Numbered from the whole stretch's first letter, positions 47,983 to 59,252 are shown. The stretch: DNA of 62,330 nucleotides, filler included, from 10 parts of 10 records of this genome joined end to end with filler, not necessarily neighbours in it; one strand, 5' to 3'. Numbers and translations are program-made. Notes: generated by a model from the letters alone, not told the origin.

Positions 47983-48853
47983 TCAGAACTCAAATTTCGA
48001 ATGAAACGGTCCCTTTTCAGGAGCCAGCGCCGAACTAAAGGGGTGAGCCGATTTGCGGTATGCAATCAGGTCCTCTCGATCGGATACAGTGAGCAGTACC
48101 ACCGGCGGTTGGCGTGGGTACTTCTCGTCAGATGAGTCGAGGCCACTGTCCGTAAAGTCGGCCAGGGCATCACCGCCCCCGTCGGCAGCATGTTTCCTGC
48201 ATCGCCAGTTCGTGCGACTTCGTAGGCGACGGAGGAAGTTGCGGCAGCACGCGACCTGTGCCACGCAATCGCCGGATCGCACCTGACAGCTTCTGATGCA
48301 CAAAGGCAGTCTTAAGCCGGTCCTGGTCAAAGCTGGCTGCGCGTTTGTGTTGCTTCGCTTCCACGTTGTGCACTGAGTCAATGTCATGCCGTTTGGATTG
48401 GGTCAGGGTGCGTGTGTGGGCCATCGTGTCCGACACGCGCCCAATGATGAGCGTTGACGACCCAGAGTTCCGGGTATCTTCCCACGCATCTCGGGTGGGC
48501 GCCGACACCTCCGATTTAGATCCATTTGCGTACGCCAGTAGGATCACGTGTTGATTTGGACCCAGTTGAGCTGAAAATTGCTCATCAGCAGCCCTTTGCG
48601 CCATTTCCACCGTGGCATCCGCAGGTACTTCGAGTTTCCAAGGCTTACTTGGGAGAAGGCGTCGAGACTCGGCATCACGGTGATCTGTGCGTACGATCAC
48701 TCTTCGCAGTGGCGTTGGTGCCTCCGTGTTCGCCTCAAACATAGTACTTACTAGTATGTCAGCACCCATGCTATCCTGCATATCACAGTAGATTAAGATC
48801 GCCGTATCGCGCTGGTACAGGTGGTCAAACTCGCCTGTATACTGTACGTGCAT
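47983..48853 (-). CDS. Hypothetical protein (exon structure uncertain)
   Basis: ORF 48170-48853 plus frame-shifted 47983-48387, probably joined by a GTGCG..CAG intron. Weak ubiquitin-like segment WKLEVPADATVEMAQRAA. Confidence 0.35.
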
Positions 48854-49298
48854 GGGATGGTTGGGGCTGATCTATAATAGAGATCGACGACGATTGGGGG
48901 TGCGCGGGTCGCGGCCGGCTCGGTGGGTGCGATGGCCGGTGCGCCGCGGGTGCGGTGGGTTGCGGCCGGTGAGGGAGCTGACGACCGTTTTCTATACCGG
49001 TACTGTTTAAGGAGGCCTGGGCACGGGGGCCTATGCGCCATGGCATGGCTGAGTTGGGCCATGAGCTGACGTCTCTCGCAGCAGCCCCGGCTGGCTGACC
49101 AACCGGGCCTCGGTGGCCGCAGGCTGGAGCGGCTGTGGCAACTGCTGCCACGCACGCTACGGCTTGTCTCAGTCATGATGCGTCTGGCTCGCGGGCGTTG
49201 AGGTCCAGCAGTACTGAGCGTCGGCACCCAGAGCGCTGGCTGCGATGCACGCGTGGGCGCCATGATGATGCGCCCGCCGTGAGAGATTGGGCTTGGTG

Positions 49299-52200
49299 AT
49301 GCCGAAGGTCTCGATTGCCCGGGCTGTCAACAGGTTTGACCGCCAGGCGGAGGCGGGAGCTGTGGGGGAGTCGCGAAGCGGGAGGCACACAGGAGGAAGA
49401 AAGGGTGACGAAGCGCGACCGGCCAAACTCCACAGGCTTGGCGATGGTAAGCTCAGCTTTCGAATGGTTGTGCGGATCAAGCACTGGCAAGCTCGTGCAC
49501 GACGAAGACCAGTGCCCAAAGGCAAGGTGTTTGTCGAAAAGCTGGTCCACATGGCAACGTGGAATGCACCCGACTACGGGCCGCAGACAGGGCCGAAGGT
49601 TGCGGTGGATCCCATTCAACAGCGGTGGGCAGAGCTCAACGACGCAGACTACGCAAACCAGGTGATCGAGACAAGGAAACGCGTGAAACAGATCCGCGAA
49701 GATCGAGAATTCTTGGAGACTTGCTATAACTTGCTCGACAGCAACGCAGATGGCAAGCTTGCAGCTGAAGAGCTCGAGCACTGGGCCGCGTTGCTGCTGG
49801 CGGACCACGCTGCAGCCGCAGTAAACAATCCGAATGGTGTTCTGAAGTACTGGATGGACAAAAGTGCATGCGGTACGTTGACAGATGCAGAACGGCTCGA
49901 CCTGCAGGTCAGGCTCGATAAACAGTGGTGCCCACGGGATAGGCTGGAATATGACTGGCAAGATTTTCTTCTCGTCACACTAGACTTCTACACGCTCGCT
50001 GGAACGCTGGCAATGCATCAGACGTTCTGCCGGCTTCTGGCCCCAGTGGACGACGACGAGAGTCCATTTAACCAGCTCTGTGCTAAAGAACCACCGCTGA
50101 TTGCGCTCCCGCGGCCACCCATCAAGCTTCCACGCCGTCGGTGTGCCGTGATACAGGCAGGGAGCTGGCAACAGCGAGTGGGTGCTCGCGAGCTCTCTCG
50201 GACCAAGCAAAGGCAACCAAGGCGGCCGCTACCGCCCGTCCCCATAGATATACTGGGTCCTCCCCGGCCAGTCCAGCCACTGCGGCCTATGAGGCCTGTC
50301 TCGGCAATTGCGCCCGGAACGCCGAAACGTCCCTTGCCGGCACTCCGAACTCCTGCGCCGTCTTACGAGCATGGCCAATCACAGGGATTATCATCGGCAC
50401 CGAATGAGGCGGCGACGCCGACACCAGCCCAAAATCAGGCGCTCGCAGGTACAAAGGCCCGTCCTATGGCTTGGAGCAGCTACGATGTCGACTCTCACGG
50501 CCACGTTTTAGGTTACGTTGGGCCGAGGATGCAGAAACTTGTCGACACGCGCGTCAACCTTGGTGTGATGCCGGTGGGTTTGCGCCAACTCACTGTGAAA
50601 ACCGCCCTCAGTGCCCGGCGCGTGACACCGGACCTGCGGACATCATCCTCCAGCGATATTAAAGGGGAGGCGGACACGTACGGCTGGAGAAATAACCTTC
50701 CAGTCGTTATAATCCCGGGCTTGTGCTCAAGCGGCCTCGAGGTGAAGAAGTCAGAAGTGAGCCCTGCATGGGAGGGCCAAAGAGTGTGGTTCAGCCTTGA
50801 GAAGCTTGGCACGCACCGCAGCGCGACGACGAGAGTAGCGGCGAAGACGGTCGAACTGGCTGCAGACGTGGCTACGGCTCCAGCTAGGTTGGTAGGACAA
50901 GTACTCACAAGAAGTGTAAGCAACCGCGCGGCCAAGCGTGTGGGCAAACGTTTCATGCGGTTTCATCTGCATCGGGCAAGAAATTTGATCGCTGGGGACG
51001 CCGACGGTCAATCTGATCCAGTAGCACGTGTGGAGCTTCTCAACTCTGAGGGAGAGATCGTTGATGAGGCTGTGTCACGCATCAAGAGCAATACACGCAA
51101 TCCTTTCTGGGATGAAACCTACGAGCTAGGTCTGCACGTTCGATTGGATGACGTCCATGCAGTGAGGATAATCATCCTAGATGACGACGGTGTACTCTCA
51201 GCACGTGACAACCTGGGGGAGACAACGATCAAGCTGCAGCACAATCTATCAATCACTGGGGGCAGGTCATTGCCCAGAGCGTGGCATAAACTGCAAGACA
51301 CAAGAGATCAGCAGCGGTACAGCATCCTAGATTCATTGGCACACGCTTCAAGGGTGATTGACATGAAACCCGCGTCTGCAACTTTTGGAGGTGAAGTTGA
51401 ATGCTGGGCTGATGTGCTTGACCTTTGCTACAGTTCGAACTGTTCAGACTCGGAGAGTTCTGAGTCGGATGGTGAAATCGATGCTGGAAAGGAACCAGGA
51501 ACGCCCCGCCCGGCGTCTCGTGAAACGGCCTCTCGCGTCGCGCTGGCACAGGGAGCTGCCCAATCAGTTGTAGATGAGGCAACCAGAGCAGCTTTCGCGG
51601 CGGTGAATTCAGTAACACAGCGTGGCCTCACTGACCTCACTGAACATGACGACACGCCCTCCCGTGCGCGCCTGACCCAAGTCAACAGCAATGACCTCAA
51701 GGGTTTCGACACGAAGCTGTGGCTTCGCCACATGCTGCTTGCACCTGATGCTCACTCCGATGCTCCCGGGATAGAAGTACGCGCGGTGCCTGGTCTGAGT
51801 GGTGTAGACTATCTGCAGCCAGGGACCGTGATGAAAAATACGACTTGGGTGTTCGGACCTGTGATCAAATTTTTGATGGCCGGAGGTTACGACGAGTCCA
51901 ACCTCAAAGGAGCACCTTACGACTGGCGAATGCCGCCTATGTACCTCGAGAAGCGCGACGGCTACTTCTCAGGGCTGTGTAGGACCATTGAGGAGACTTA
52001 CCATGACAATGGGAACAAACCGGTGGTGCTTCTCGCGCATTCGATGGGGAACAATATGGCGCACTATTTCACCAATTGGGTTCTCAACAACGGCGACAAA
52101 GTCCAGCAGATCAAGGGGGCAGTCAAATCCAACGGTGAGGCATGGTTGGACAAGTATGTACACAGCCTGTTCGGTATCGGAGGACCGTATCTCGGCGCAT

Positions 52201-53504
52201 CTGAGGCCCTGCGCTCCTGTATCACTGGCGATGACTTCGGCATGGGTCCTGCTCTGCTTCCAGCAGCGGACGCACGCAGGCTCTGCCAAGCGATGGGCTC
52301 GGGTGCTTGGCTCCTACCAGCAGGGCGGCTGGCGGAACATTACCCGGCTGCATATGATAGCGTGAAACACAAGACGGAAACCTCTGTCAAATTGGGCAAT
52401 GGTGTGGTATCTGGACAGTATGAAACCCGAACTGTGGATGAGGCATTGCGAAGACACGCTGCTGAGCATGTTGCAGAGCAAAAGAAGCATTGGTATGACA
52501 AGGATCCCTGCATCCCCGGCGGTTCCTCCATGATGCCGCCACCCCTCAAGCGTGTATTTCACGTGTATGGGATAAACATTGATACACAAGTGGGCTGTGT
52601 GTTTAAGCAGCAAAGCGGAAGTCCTGAGCTCGACAGTAGCGTGAATTTTGGGCGTATAGACGGCATGAGATACCAAAACGGGATCATTTTCGAAACCGAT
52701 GACACTTCGCAGCGGGCCCTGCATGCCGACACGTTCGTGGAAGACAGTGGCGCCCCCCCTGAGGCGACGGACATCAGAAGGGTTTCTGGTGACGGCACAG
52801 TGCCATTCACTTCGCTGCAGCACACGTTGAGCTGGAACAGCCCGTGCTGTCTTTCGCAGGTTGTGGAGTTGGACAGGGCAGAGCATCGGGAGATACTCGG
52901 TGATGGTCGATTCCATCAGGTTCTCGGCGATTACCTGTGCGATACTCTCGTAGTCTACGTGGTAGCCGCGCGCAACCTTGCTGCAAAAGACCTACTGACA
53001 CAATCTTCCGATCCGTACTGTATCGTCACGTTGCATACGAGCCCAAAAGACCCACAGCGGCGAACGAAGACGCACAGGAACACACTCAATCCAGAGTTCA
53101 ACGAAGTCTTCACCTTCGGGCCAGGACGGTCAGGCGACGCATCAGGCGACGTGCTGGAATCCGCTCGTTGCATTAGCATCGAAGTGCGCGACTCAGATTT
53201 ACACGGTCTGAAGTCTGATCACATAGGCAGGATGGCGCTTCCCTTACAAACCATAGTCGAATCGCCCAATCATGCTGTCAACGGTTGGTTTAAGCTCATA
53301 CCAGATGATCATGCGGATGATCCGGACCTGGCGAGCCAGGCGTCACAATTGTGTAATGGCGAGATCTTTGTGCAATTTGAGCTGGAGTCAGCGGGCCAGA
53401 GCTTTCGTGGCGTGCCGGATCATTTGGACATTGTGCACGAGAATATGAGATCATACCAAACAGACCTGGGTGGCCACCATTATCACCACCAGCATCCGGA
53501 ATGA
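49299..53504 (+). CDS. LCAT/PDAT-family acyltransferase or phospholipase with an EF-hand-like N-terminus, one C2 domain inserted in the catalytic domain and a second C-terminal C2 (~1400 aa; start uncertain)
   Basis: PVVIIPGLCSSGL, GAPYDWRMPP, AHSMG (Ser), GDGTVP (Asp), EHREIL (His). C2 motifs HRARNLIAGDADGQSDPVA..NTRNPFWDE and VAARNLAAKDLLTQSSDPYC..NTLNPEFNE. EF-like DSNADGKLAAEEL. Confidence 0.88.
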   Translation: MPKVSIARAVNRFDRQAEAGAVGESRSGRHTGGRKGDEARPAKLHRLGDGKLSFRMVVRIKHWQARARRRPVPKGKVFVEKLVHMATWNAPDYGPQTGPKVAVDPIQQRWAELNDADYANQVIETRKRVKQIREDREFLETCYNLLDSNADGKLAAEELEHWAALLLADHAAAAVNNPNGVLKYWMDKSACGTLTDAERLDLQVRLDKQWCPRDRLEYDWQDFLLVTLDFYTLAGTLAMHQTFCRLLAPVDDDESPFNQLCAKEPPLIALPRPPIKLPRRRCAVIQAGSWQQRVGARELSRTKQRQPRRPLPPVPIDILGPPRPVQPLRPMRPVSAIAPGTPKRPLPALRTPAPSYEHGQSQGLSSAPNEAATPTPAQNQALAGTKARPMAWSSYDVDSHGHVLGYVGPRMQKLVDTRVNLGVMPVGLRQLTVKTALSARRVTPDLRTSSSSDIKGEADTYGWRNNLPVVIIPGLCSSGLEVKKSEVSPAWEGQRVWFSLEKLGTHRSATTRVAAKTVELAADVATAPARLVGQVLTRSVSNRAAKRVGKRFMRFHLHRARNLIAGDADGQSDPVARVELLNSEGEIVDEAVSRIKSNTRNPFWDETYELGLHVRLDDVHAVRIIILDDDGVLSARDNLGETTIKLQHNLSITGGRSLPRAWHKLQDTRDQQRYSILDSLAHASRVIDMKPASATFGGEVECWADVLDLCYSSNCSDSESSESDGEIDAGKEPGTPRPASRETASRVALAQGAAQSVVDEATRAAFAAVNSVTQRGLTDLTEHDDTPSRARLTQVNSNDLKGFDTKLWLRHMLLAPDAHSDAPGIEVRAVPGLSGVDYLQPGTVMKNTTWVFGPVIKFLMAGGYDESNLKGAPYDWRMPPMYLEKRDGYFSGLCRTIEETYHDNGNKPVVLLAHSMGNNMAHYFTNWVLNNGDKVQQIKGAVKSNGEAWLDKYVHSLFGIGGPYLGASEALRSCITGDDFGMGPALLPAADARRLCQAMGSGAWLLPAGRLAEHYPAAYDSVKHKTETSVKLGNGVVSGQYETRTVDEALRRHAAEHVAEQKKHWYDKDPCIPGGSSMMPPPLKRVFHVYGINIDTQVGCVFKQQSGSPELDSSVNFGRIDGMRYQNGIIFETDDTSQRALHADTFVEDSGAPPEATDIRRVSGDGTVPFTSLQHTLSWNSPCCLSQVVELDRAEHREILGDGRFHQVLGDYLCDTLVVYVVAARNLAAKDLLTQSSDPYCIVTLHTSPKDPQRRTKTHRNTLNPEFNEVFTFGPGRSGDASGDVLESARCISIEVRDSDLHGLKSDHIGRMALPLQTIVESPNHAVNGWFKLIPDDHADDPDLASQASQLCNGEIFVQFELESAGQSFRGVPDHLDIVHENMRSYQTDLGGHHYHHQHPE

Positions 53505-53857
53505 AAAGTCAAGTTTGCACGGTCAGAAACGTGGCAGAACGTGGGCGGGTGACCTAGAGGTCCGTCTTCAACGTCATTTAACACCGATATTCATGAATCT
53601 CACACTATGGATCTCCCTGACACTGTTGCTGGGCATAAGAGCATCTTTGCGCCTGGCAAGATGCGGCGCCAGGCCAGCCGAGTCGATGGGTGTACTGGTA
53701 CTGGGGAAGTATGAGGTATCACTATGTAAATGCATTTTGCGTCGACTGATAGGCAGGCGTACACGTAGGTCGGAGTGCTCCTCTAGCTGCTAATGACTCC
53801 AACGGACAAGAACACGCCCGAGGCATTGAGACACCGGTTTGACAATACAGCTCGCGA

Positions 53858-54619
53858 CTAGCCTGCTACAGCGAAGCTCATTCCAGGTTGGTAGCCAGCT
53901 GGAACTTGAACCATGAGCGTCATGCCGGTGATCGGAGACTGCACCTGCATAGACTGTCCAGGTTGTAGACCATCGGGGACGGTCACGTTGAAATGAGCTT
54001 GTTGCTGTACCACAGGGCTGGCCATCACAACCGGCTGCTGCTGGGGTTGCTGCTGCTGCTGGACTATCACCTGCTGTTGCGGTTGCTGTGACTGTTCCTT
54101 GGAGCAACATAGGCACGAGCAAGCCACGATCGCAACGATCGTCAACGCGAGGAGAGTGAGAAGCAAGACCAGTACAGCCCAAGAATTCTCATCTGCGCAC
54201 GTTTCCTGGTCACCGACCAGACCACTGTCAACCATACAGTCGTGCAAAGCGTAGCATGCGTCGTTGGCGCAGCACCCGTTGTCACGAAGCGGCTCTAAGC
54301 TGTGCTCACAGCCATCTTCACCACAAGCTGACATAATCTCCACACACTCGCTGTCGAAAAAACAGCTCAGCAATTCCGCGGTACATGTCATATCCATATC
54401 CGTGTCTCCATCGGCTGTATCGCCACATGGTGTCGAACAATCGTTGTCGATCGCGTCGCACCAGCTGCTGCCGCGCACCGTGCTGCAGGTATAGCAGACG
54501 TTTCTGTCATCGCAGTACGTATCGCCATCACACTCCCAGTGGCTGCTACATGCCTCCGCACGATGCGAGACAGCTAGGGCCACTGCGCCCATGGCGATTA
54601 CTCTGCGGAGACTCGCCAT
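53858..54619 (-). CDS. Single-pass membrane protein: signal, Cys-rich ectodomain, TM, Q-rich linker, small cytosolic beta domain
   Basis: CSSHWECDGDTYCD..CDAIDNDC; WAVLVLLLTLLALTIVAIVACSCLCC; FNVTVPDGLQPGQSMQVQSP..VQVPAGYQPGMSFAV. Confidence 0.72.
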   Translation of the reverse strand: MASLRRVIAMGAVALAVSHRAEACSSHWECDGDTYCDDRNVCYTCSTVRGSSWCDAIDNDCSTPCGDTADGDTDMDMTCTAELLSCFFDSECVEIMSACGEDGCEHSLEPLRDNGCCANDACYALHDCMVDSGLVGDQETCADENSWAVLVLLLTLLALTIVAIVACSCLCCSKEQSQQPQQQVIVQQQQQPQQQPVVMASPVVQQQAHFNVTVPDGLQPGQSMQVQSPITGMTLMVQVPAGYQPGMSFAVAG

Positions 54620-55000
54620 GCTAATCGCGGCTAACACCAGTCAGAGCCCTGCCAGCGCAGGTGGCCGGGCCACGTGACGCAGTATCTACCGCTCCTTGGC
54701 GGCTCTCAGGCCTCTCTGTCACCCTGCAGCGCTGCAGTCGCGAGCGCACGATCCACCGACGGCAGTACTATCTATAGCGTGTACACGCTGGACCGGAACC
54801 CTCGGGATGGGCTCACGGCCGCTCAGGATCGCACACGCTGCGGTACGGAACCCCACAGGGAGCAACTTCGTCGTTTTGGATGAACAGTTGAACACCCGAG
54901 CCAACGGCCGCGCCCGACACTGCAAACTCGTGTGTACACACTGCTGCAACACAGTACTTGAGTGTACACAGTAACGGAGGCTGGATTGCGGGCGACACCA

Positions 55001-55100
55001 NNNNNNNNNNNNNNNNNNNNNNNNNNNNNNNNNNNNNNNNNNNNTTAATTAATTAANNNNNNNNNNNNNNNNNNNNNNNNNNNNNNNNNNNNNNNNNNNN
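55001..55100. other. Artificial contig spacer
   Basis: 44 N + TTAATTAATTAA + 44 N. Confidence 0.98.
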
Positions 55101-57177
55101 GGCCGTACAGACTGCGTGGCTGAGTAGCGGAGACGACCACGTGGTAGCGGTGCACTGCAAAGCTGGCAAGAGCCGAACCGGCGTGATGATCTGTGCCTTG
55201 CTCTTGCACCTTGGTGCAGATAGTGGACTCGAGCCCTCACTGTACCAGGATCCGGGAGAATGCATTGAGTTCTACGGCAACAAACGTTGCCGCGACGGAA
55301 AGGGAGTAACTATCCCATCGCAGCACCGGTATATCTATTACTACAAGATCATTGTAGATATTGGGATGATTATGCCCAAGCCGCGCAAGGTGCAGTTGCT
55401 GCGGGTTCGGCTGATCGATGTTCCTCAGCGCTTCTTCGCGAATGCTGATGGTCAAGGCATCCAGGTCAGCGTAATGGACCATGGAGGTTACAAGATCGAG
55501 AAAGGCAAGTGGGAGGGCAACCTCTACGAGAGTGACTCTGACGAGGGCAAAGCGGGCATGAAGGGATCACTGTTTGCTACCATCGGCGGCGAAGATCGCA
55601 TGGTCCAGTGTTTAACATTCAACATCGAGCGTGATGTAACGGAGGATATCAGACTGCAGTTTTACGAGCAATCCGGAGACAAGAAGCACAAGCTCTTCTA
55701 CCTGTGGCTTCACACATCTTATTTGTCTGAGCCATCTCCGGATAACCATGAAGTCACGCTGGTAGTAGGCCGCGAACAACTGGACAAGTTCGGTGCGAAA
55801 AAGAAATTTCCTAAATCGTAAGCAATGAGATTTCGATACGCTGTGTGCATCGCGCCACACCTTCTGTTCTGGCGATGAGCTCAGTGTTGGTGTCACTCGT
55901 GCAGGTTCAAAGTTGAGATGGTTTTTCAGGACGAGAATCCTTCCGAGCGGCTCGCGGAGTGCACTGACGAAGGCGAGAAGCGATTTCGTGCAGAAAAAGA
56001 AAGGTTGCTTGCTGACTGCCTGGCGCGGCATCCGATGGGGTCCAAGGCAGCGTCTTTCGCTGGGGTTGAACCGAAAAATCTGTTAAGCGATGGCGTAGAA
56101 GAAGTGGATGAGGACGAAGAGGAGACTCAGTGGCTAAAAGCGTTGGAAGTAGTTCCAGCAGGCTGGAAAGCCGCGGCAGCTCGTCTGAAATCGACAGGCC
56201 TCAGGTTTATGGATGAGTCACTAGCGGCAGTACAGTCAAGGCCTTTTGAAGGCGAGAAAGAATGGGGTAGCTATACGATAGGGCCGACCACCATCACCGC
56301 AATGCAGATGTCAGCCGAGCATTGTGAAGTTGAAGCAATTGGCAACGGACTGACAATCAGTGCTCGTGGGATCACGGGTACGTTTGCTCCGTTTGAGTGG
56401 GCATTGAAGAGGATTAAGGTTCCACGTACCGAAGATGCCGGAAAAGCCACTGCCGCGTTCCGAGACCTTGCTGTTAGCGTCATGTTTGACGTCGATCTGG
56501 AGTCTGATGACTCTTCTGCTGGCGAACTGGTTTTAGGTGAAGCAGATGTGCAGGTCAGACTTGAAAGTATAGACTTTGTGGTGACAGAAAGCGGCAAGAA
56601 CAAGAGGTTCGTCAACATGTTCGCCGCGACTTTCAAGGACGCGCTGCGCCAGCAGGTACAAGAAGCTATGGTTGACGCCTTGAGTGATTTGACGCAGCTT
56701 CGCACCAATATTGACCGCACATTGCAGGAACTGAACAACCTGATCGTGGCCACACCACAGTGGCAGAGAAGCATCGAGGAGGGGCCGCTTATGTCTGCAG
56801 CTCAAGCTCAATCAGCAGATGATACAGCTGCAGACGTAGAGCCGGCGCCAGAGCCGGAGCCAGAGCAAATGCCGAGGGCGGAGCCGCAGATGGAACAACA
56901 GGAAGGTGGTACATCCGAGGAGGGGATCCCACCGGAAACGGATGCGACAGCGCCAACAGCTGAGCCAGCAACAGATATCAAACAGGAACTGGCGGGCCAG
57001 CAGCCCGAGCCCCAGGATGAGTCAGCCGAAGCAGCTGCAGCAGCTGATGAACCACAGCCTTCAACTGCAGGGAACCCTGCCGGGCCCGGGCCCGGGCCGA
57101 ACGACGACCCCGATTTCCAAACTGAACACGTTGCAGTGGCAGTCGGCACAGAGGTAGATGATCAAGTTGCAATTTGA
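55101..57177 (+). CDS. 5'-partial PTEN-like phosphoinositide phosphatase + tensin-type C2 + putative TULIP/BPI-like domain + acidic tail
   Basis: AVHCKAGKSRTG P-loop, GVTIPSQHRY, DIRLQFY..KLFYLWLHT..LDK. Intron 55818-55904 joins this in frame to ORF 55918-57177. Confidence 0.85.
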
Positions 57178-57471
57178 TAGGTCGGATGATAGAAATCCAG
57201 TTTGTCGCAGTCTGAAAGAAGAACCTCCGTCATTCAGGTCGATATCGAGACATCATGTCAGAGCAAGGAAGGAGCCTCTGTTGAGCGAGCATTCGTGGGC
57301 TTCAATGGCAGCACGGTTGGTTGGTGGCGTGCGTCAACGATGCTCGGCGCTGGAACCGCTCTGGATTGGCTGGAAGTTTCGCGACACGCTGTAATTGTGT
57401 ATGTTCAAACGATACGATACACACTAGCTGCTGTGTTTTTGCCTGTGGCACCCTCGTGAGCTATATCTAAG

Positions 57472-58997
57472 CTAGTTTCCAGCTGCAATTTTTGCAACCG
57501 ACTCGAATTTGCTGAGCATCTCTTCAGACTCAGAAAGAGTGGTATTGTAGGGAGGCAGCACTCTGACTACCTGGTCGCCAGAGCCAACCGTCAGCACCCC
57601 AAGCTCGTGCAGCTTGCTGACAAACTGCGCCGATGGAGAGGCAGCTTCGTTTGAGAAACCTGGGATCTGATCTTTCGGTTGGAGGACGAGCCCTCTCATC
57701 AAACCCAAACCACGTTGATCTGCAATCACAGATGGATAAGCCGTTTGGAGGGCAGTGAAGCCCTCAGAAATCCGATCTCCCACCGCGCGAATGTTGGCCT
57801 CCAGACCATCGCGATGGACGATATCAATAATCTTGTGTCCCACAGCACATGCCATCGCGTTGCCGCCGTAGGTTGTCCCATGCATCCCGGCAGTCAGCAA
57901 GCCTGCATGTTTGTCAGCCACCCAGAAACCACCGATAGGTAGTCCACCACCGAGTGACTTGGCCATTGACACAGCATCTGGTTGAAAAGCTGTTGCTGTC
58001 GCCGCCTCGCCTGTGGCTTCTTCCAGGATCGCCTGGTAAGACTGGAATCGACCGGACCGGAAATGGCCGCACTGCACAGCGTCGAAAAGCAGAAGGAGCC
58101 CGTTGTCATCACAAAGCTTGCGAAGACCGAGTAAGTAGTCTACGCTGGCAGGCATGATGCCACCCTCGCCCTGTATGCCTTCAATCATTATGGCTGCAGT
58201 CTGGTGTGGCACCGCAGCAACAAGCCCAACACGCAGAGTCAGTCCTGCGACACGTAGTCGGTGGTGGGTGAAGGGAGCCAGACGTGCTGCACTATGCGCA
58301 CCTGTGGACCAATTGCGTCGGCGGCCGCTTGCAGATCGTTGTACGGCACGTGAGCGTACCCTGGAACCATAGGTCCAAACCCAGCCTTGATCTTATCCTG
58401 GCCTGTGGCCGCGATGCAGGCGACGGTGCGTCCGTGGAAAGAGTTGTTGGCTGTGATGACTTCGTAGCGAGCGGTGGCTAGGTCTGTGTCGGTGCCGTCA
58501 CGCTGGCCCCACGCACGCGCCAGTTTGAAGAGACCCTCGTTCGCTTCGGCACCGCTGTTGCAGAAGAACACTTTGCCGCCCGCACCTTCCCGCCCGTCGG
58601 CGAACAACTCTGTGAGCGCATCCGCGAGCATCCCCTGCTCCTCGGTGTAGTAGAGGTTTGAGCAGTGAATGAGCTTCGACGCCTGGCGCTGTATCACTTC
58701 CACCAGCTCAGGGTGGCTGTGACCCAGCGCGTTGACAGCGATACCCCCGCCCATGTCTAAGTAGCGCTTCCCGTCCACGTCCCACACCTCCCTGCCGGCT
58801 CCATGCGACAGGACGATATCGTACCGGCCGTACGTCTTCAGCACCGACGTATCGAATTTCTCCAGCGTGGCCCCGCGGCTGACGCCAGCGACGCTGCTTG
58901 CGCACTGGCTGCGGGTGCCCTGGCGCGTGGCCAGCTGCCGTGCAGCAGAAGCAGCAGCAGCAGAAGCGGCAGCGCGACCCCGCAGCGCGTGCGCCAT
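57472..58997 (-). CDS. argD: Acetylornithine aminotransferase (class III PLP), ~474 aa, with mitochondrial-type presequence
   Basis: YLDMGGGIAVNALGHSHP, FFCNSGAEANE, SFHGRT, IEGIQGEGG, MAKSLGGG (PLP Lys), HGTTYGGN. Arg/Ala/Ser-rich N-terminus. Intron 58301-58201. Confidence 0.93.
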
Positions 58998-59185
58998 GCT
59001 CGCCTGGAGCAGCCAAGTCGTGGCTCGCGCTCCCGGGTCGCTGACGGTGCGCCCTGCGCGGTGCTCGGGTGCTGGGTGGGTATGTGCGGGTGGTCGGGTC
59101 CGGTGGCGTTCGTGGGTGCGGGAATGGCATCTGTCGGGGATTCGGGAAAGAAAAATGCAAAATGGTACCCGCAGTCTAGCTACAG

Positions 59186-59252
59186 TAGGAATTCCTAGTA
59201 GATCTACTGTAGATCTACACGTACGTACTAGTCTAATTCATAGTAGATCTAC
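59186..59252. promoter_or_regulatory. Palindrome-dense tract in the divergent argD/SART1 intergenic region (putative core-promoter element)
   Basis: TAGGAATTCCTA, GTAGATCTAC x3, GTACGTAC and ACTAGT within 67 bp. Function is inferred from position only. Confidence 0.4.

Noticed and set aside
9270-55100. Nine identical N44-TTAATTAATTAA-N44 blocks as a repeat family, att sites or TTAA transposon targets
   Set aside because: Fixed 100-nt length and six-frame stops mark them as synthetic contig joiners.
49299-57177. Apparent lipid-metabolism cluster (PDAT-C2, PTEN-TULIP) or any window-wide operon or defence system
   Set aside because: The genes lie on different contigs separated by artificial spacers, so adjacency is not evidence.
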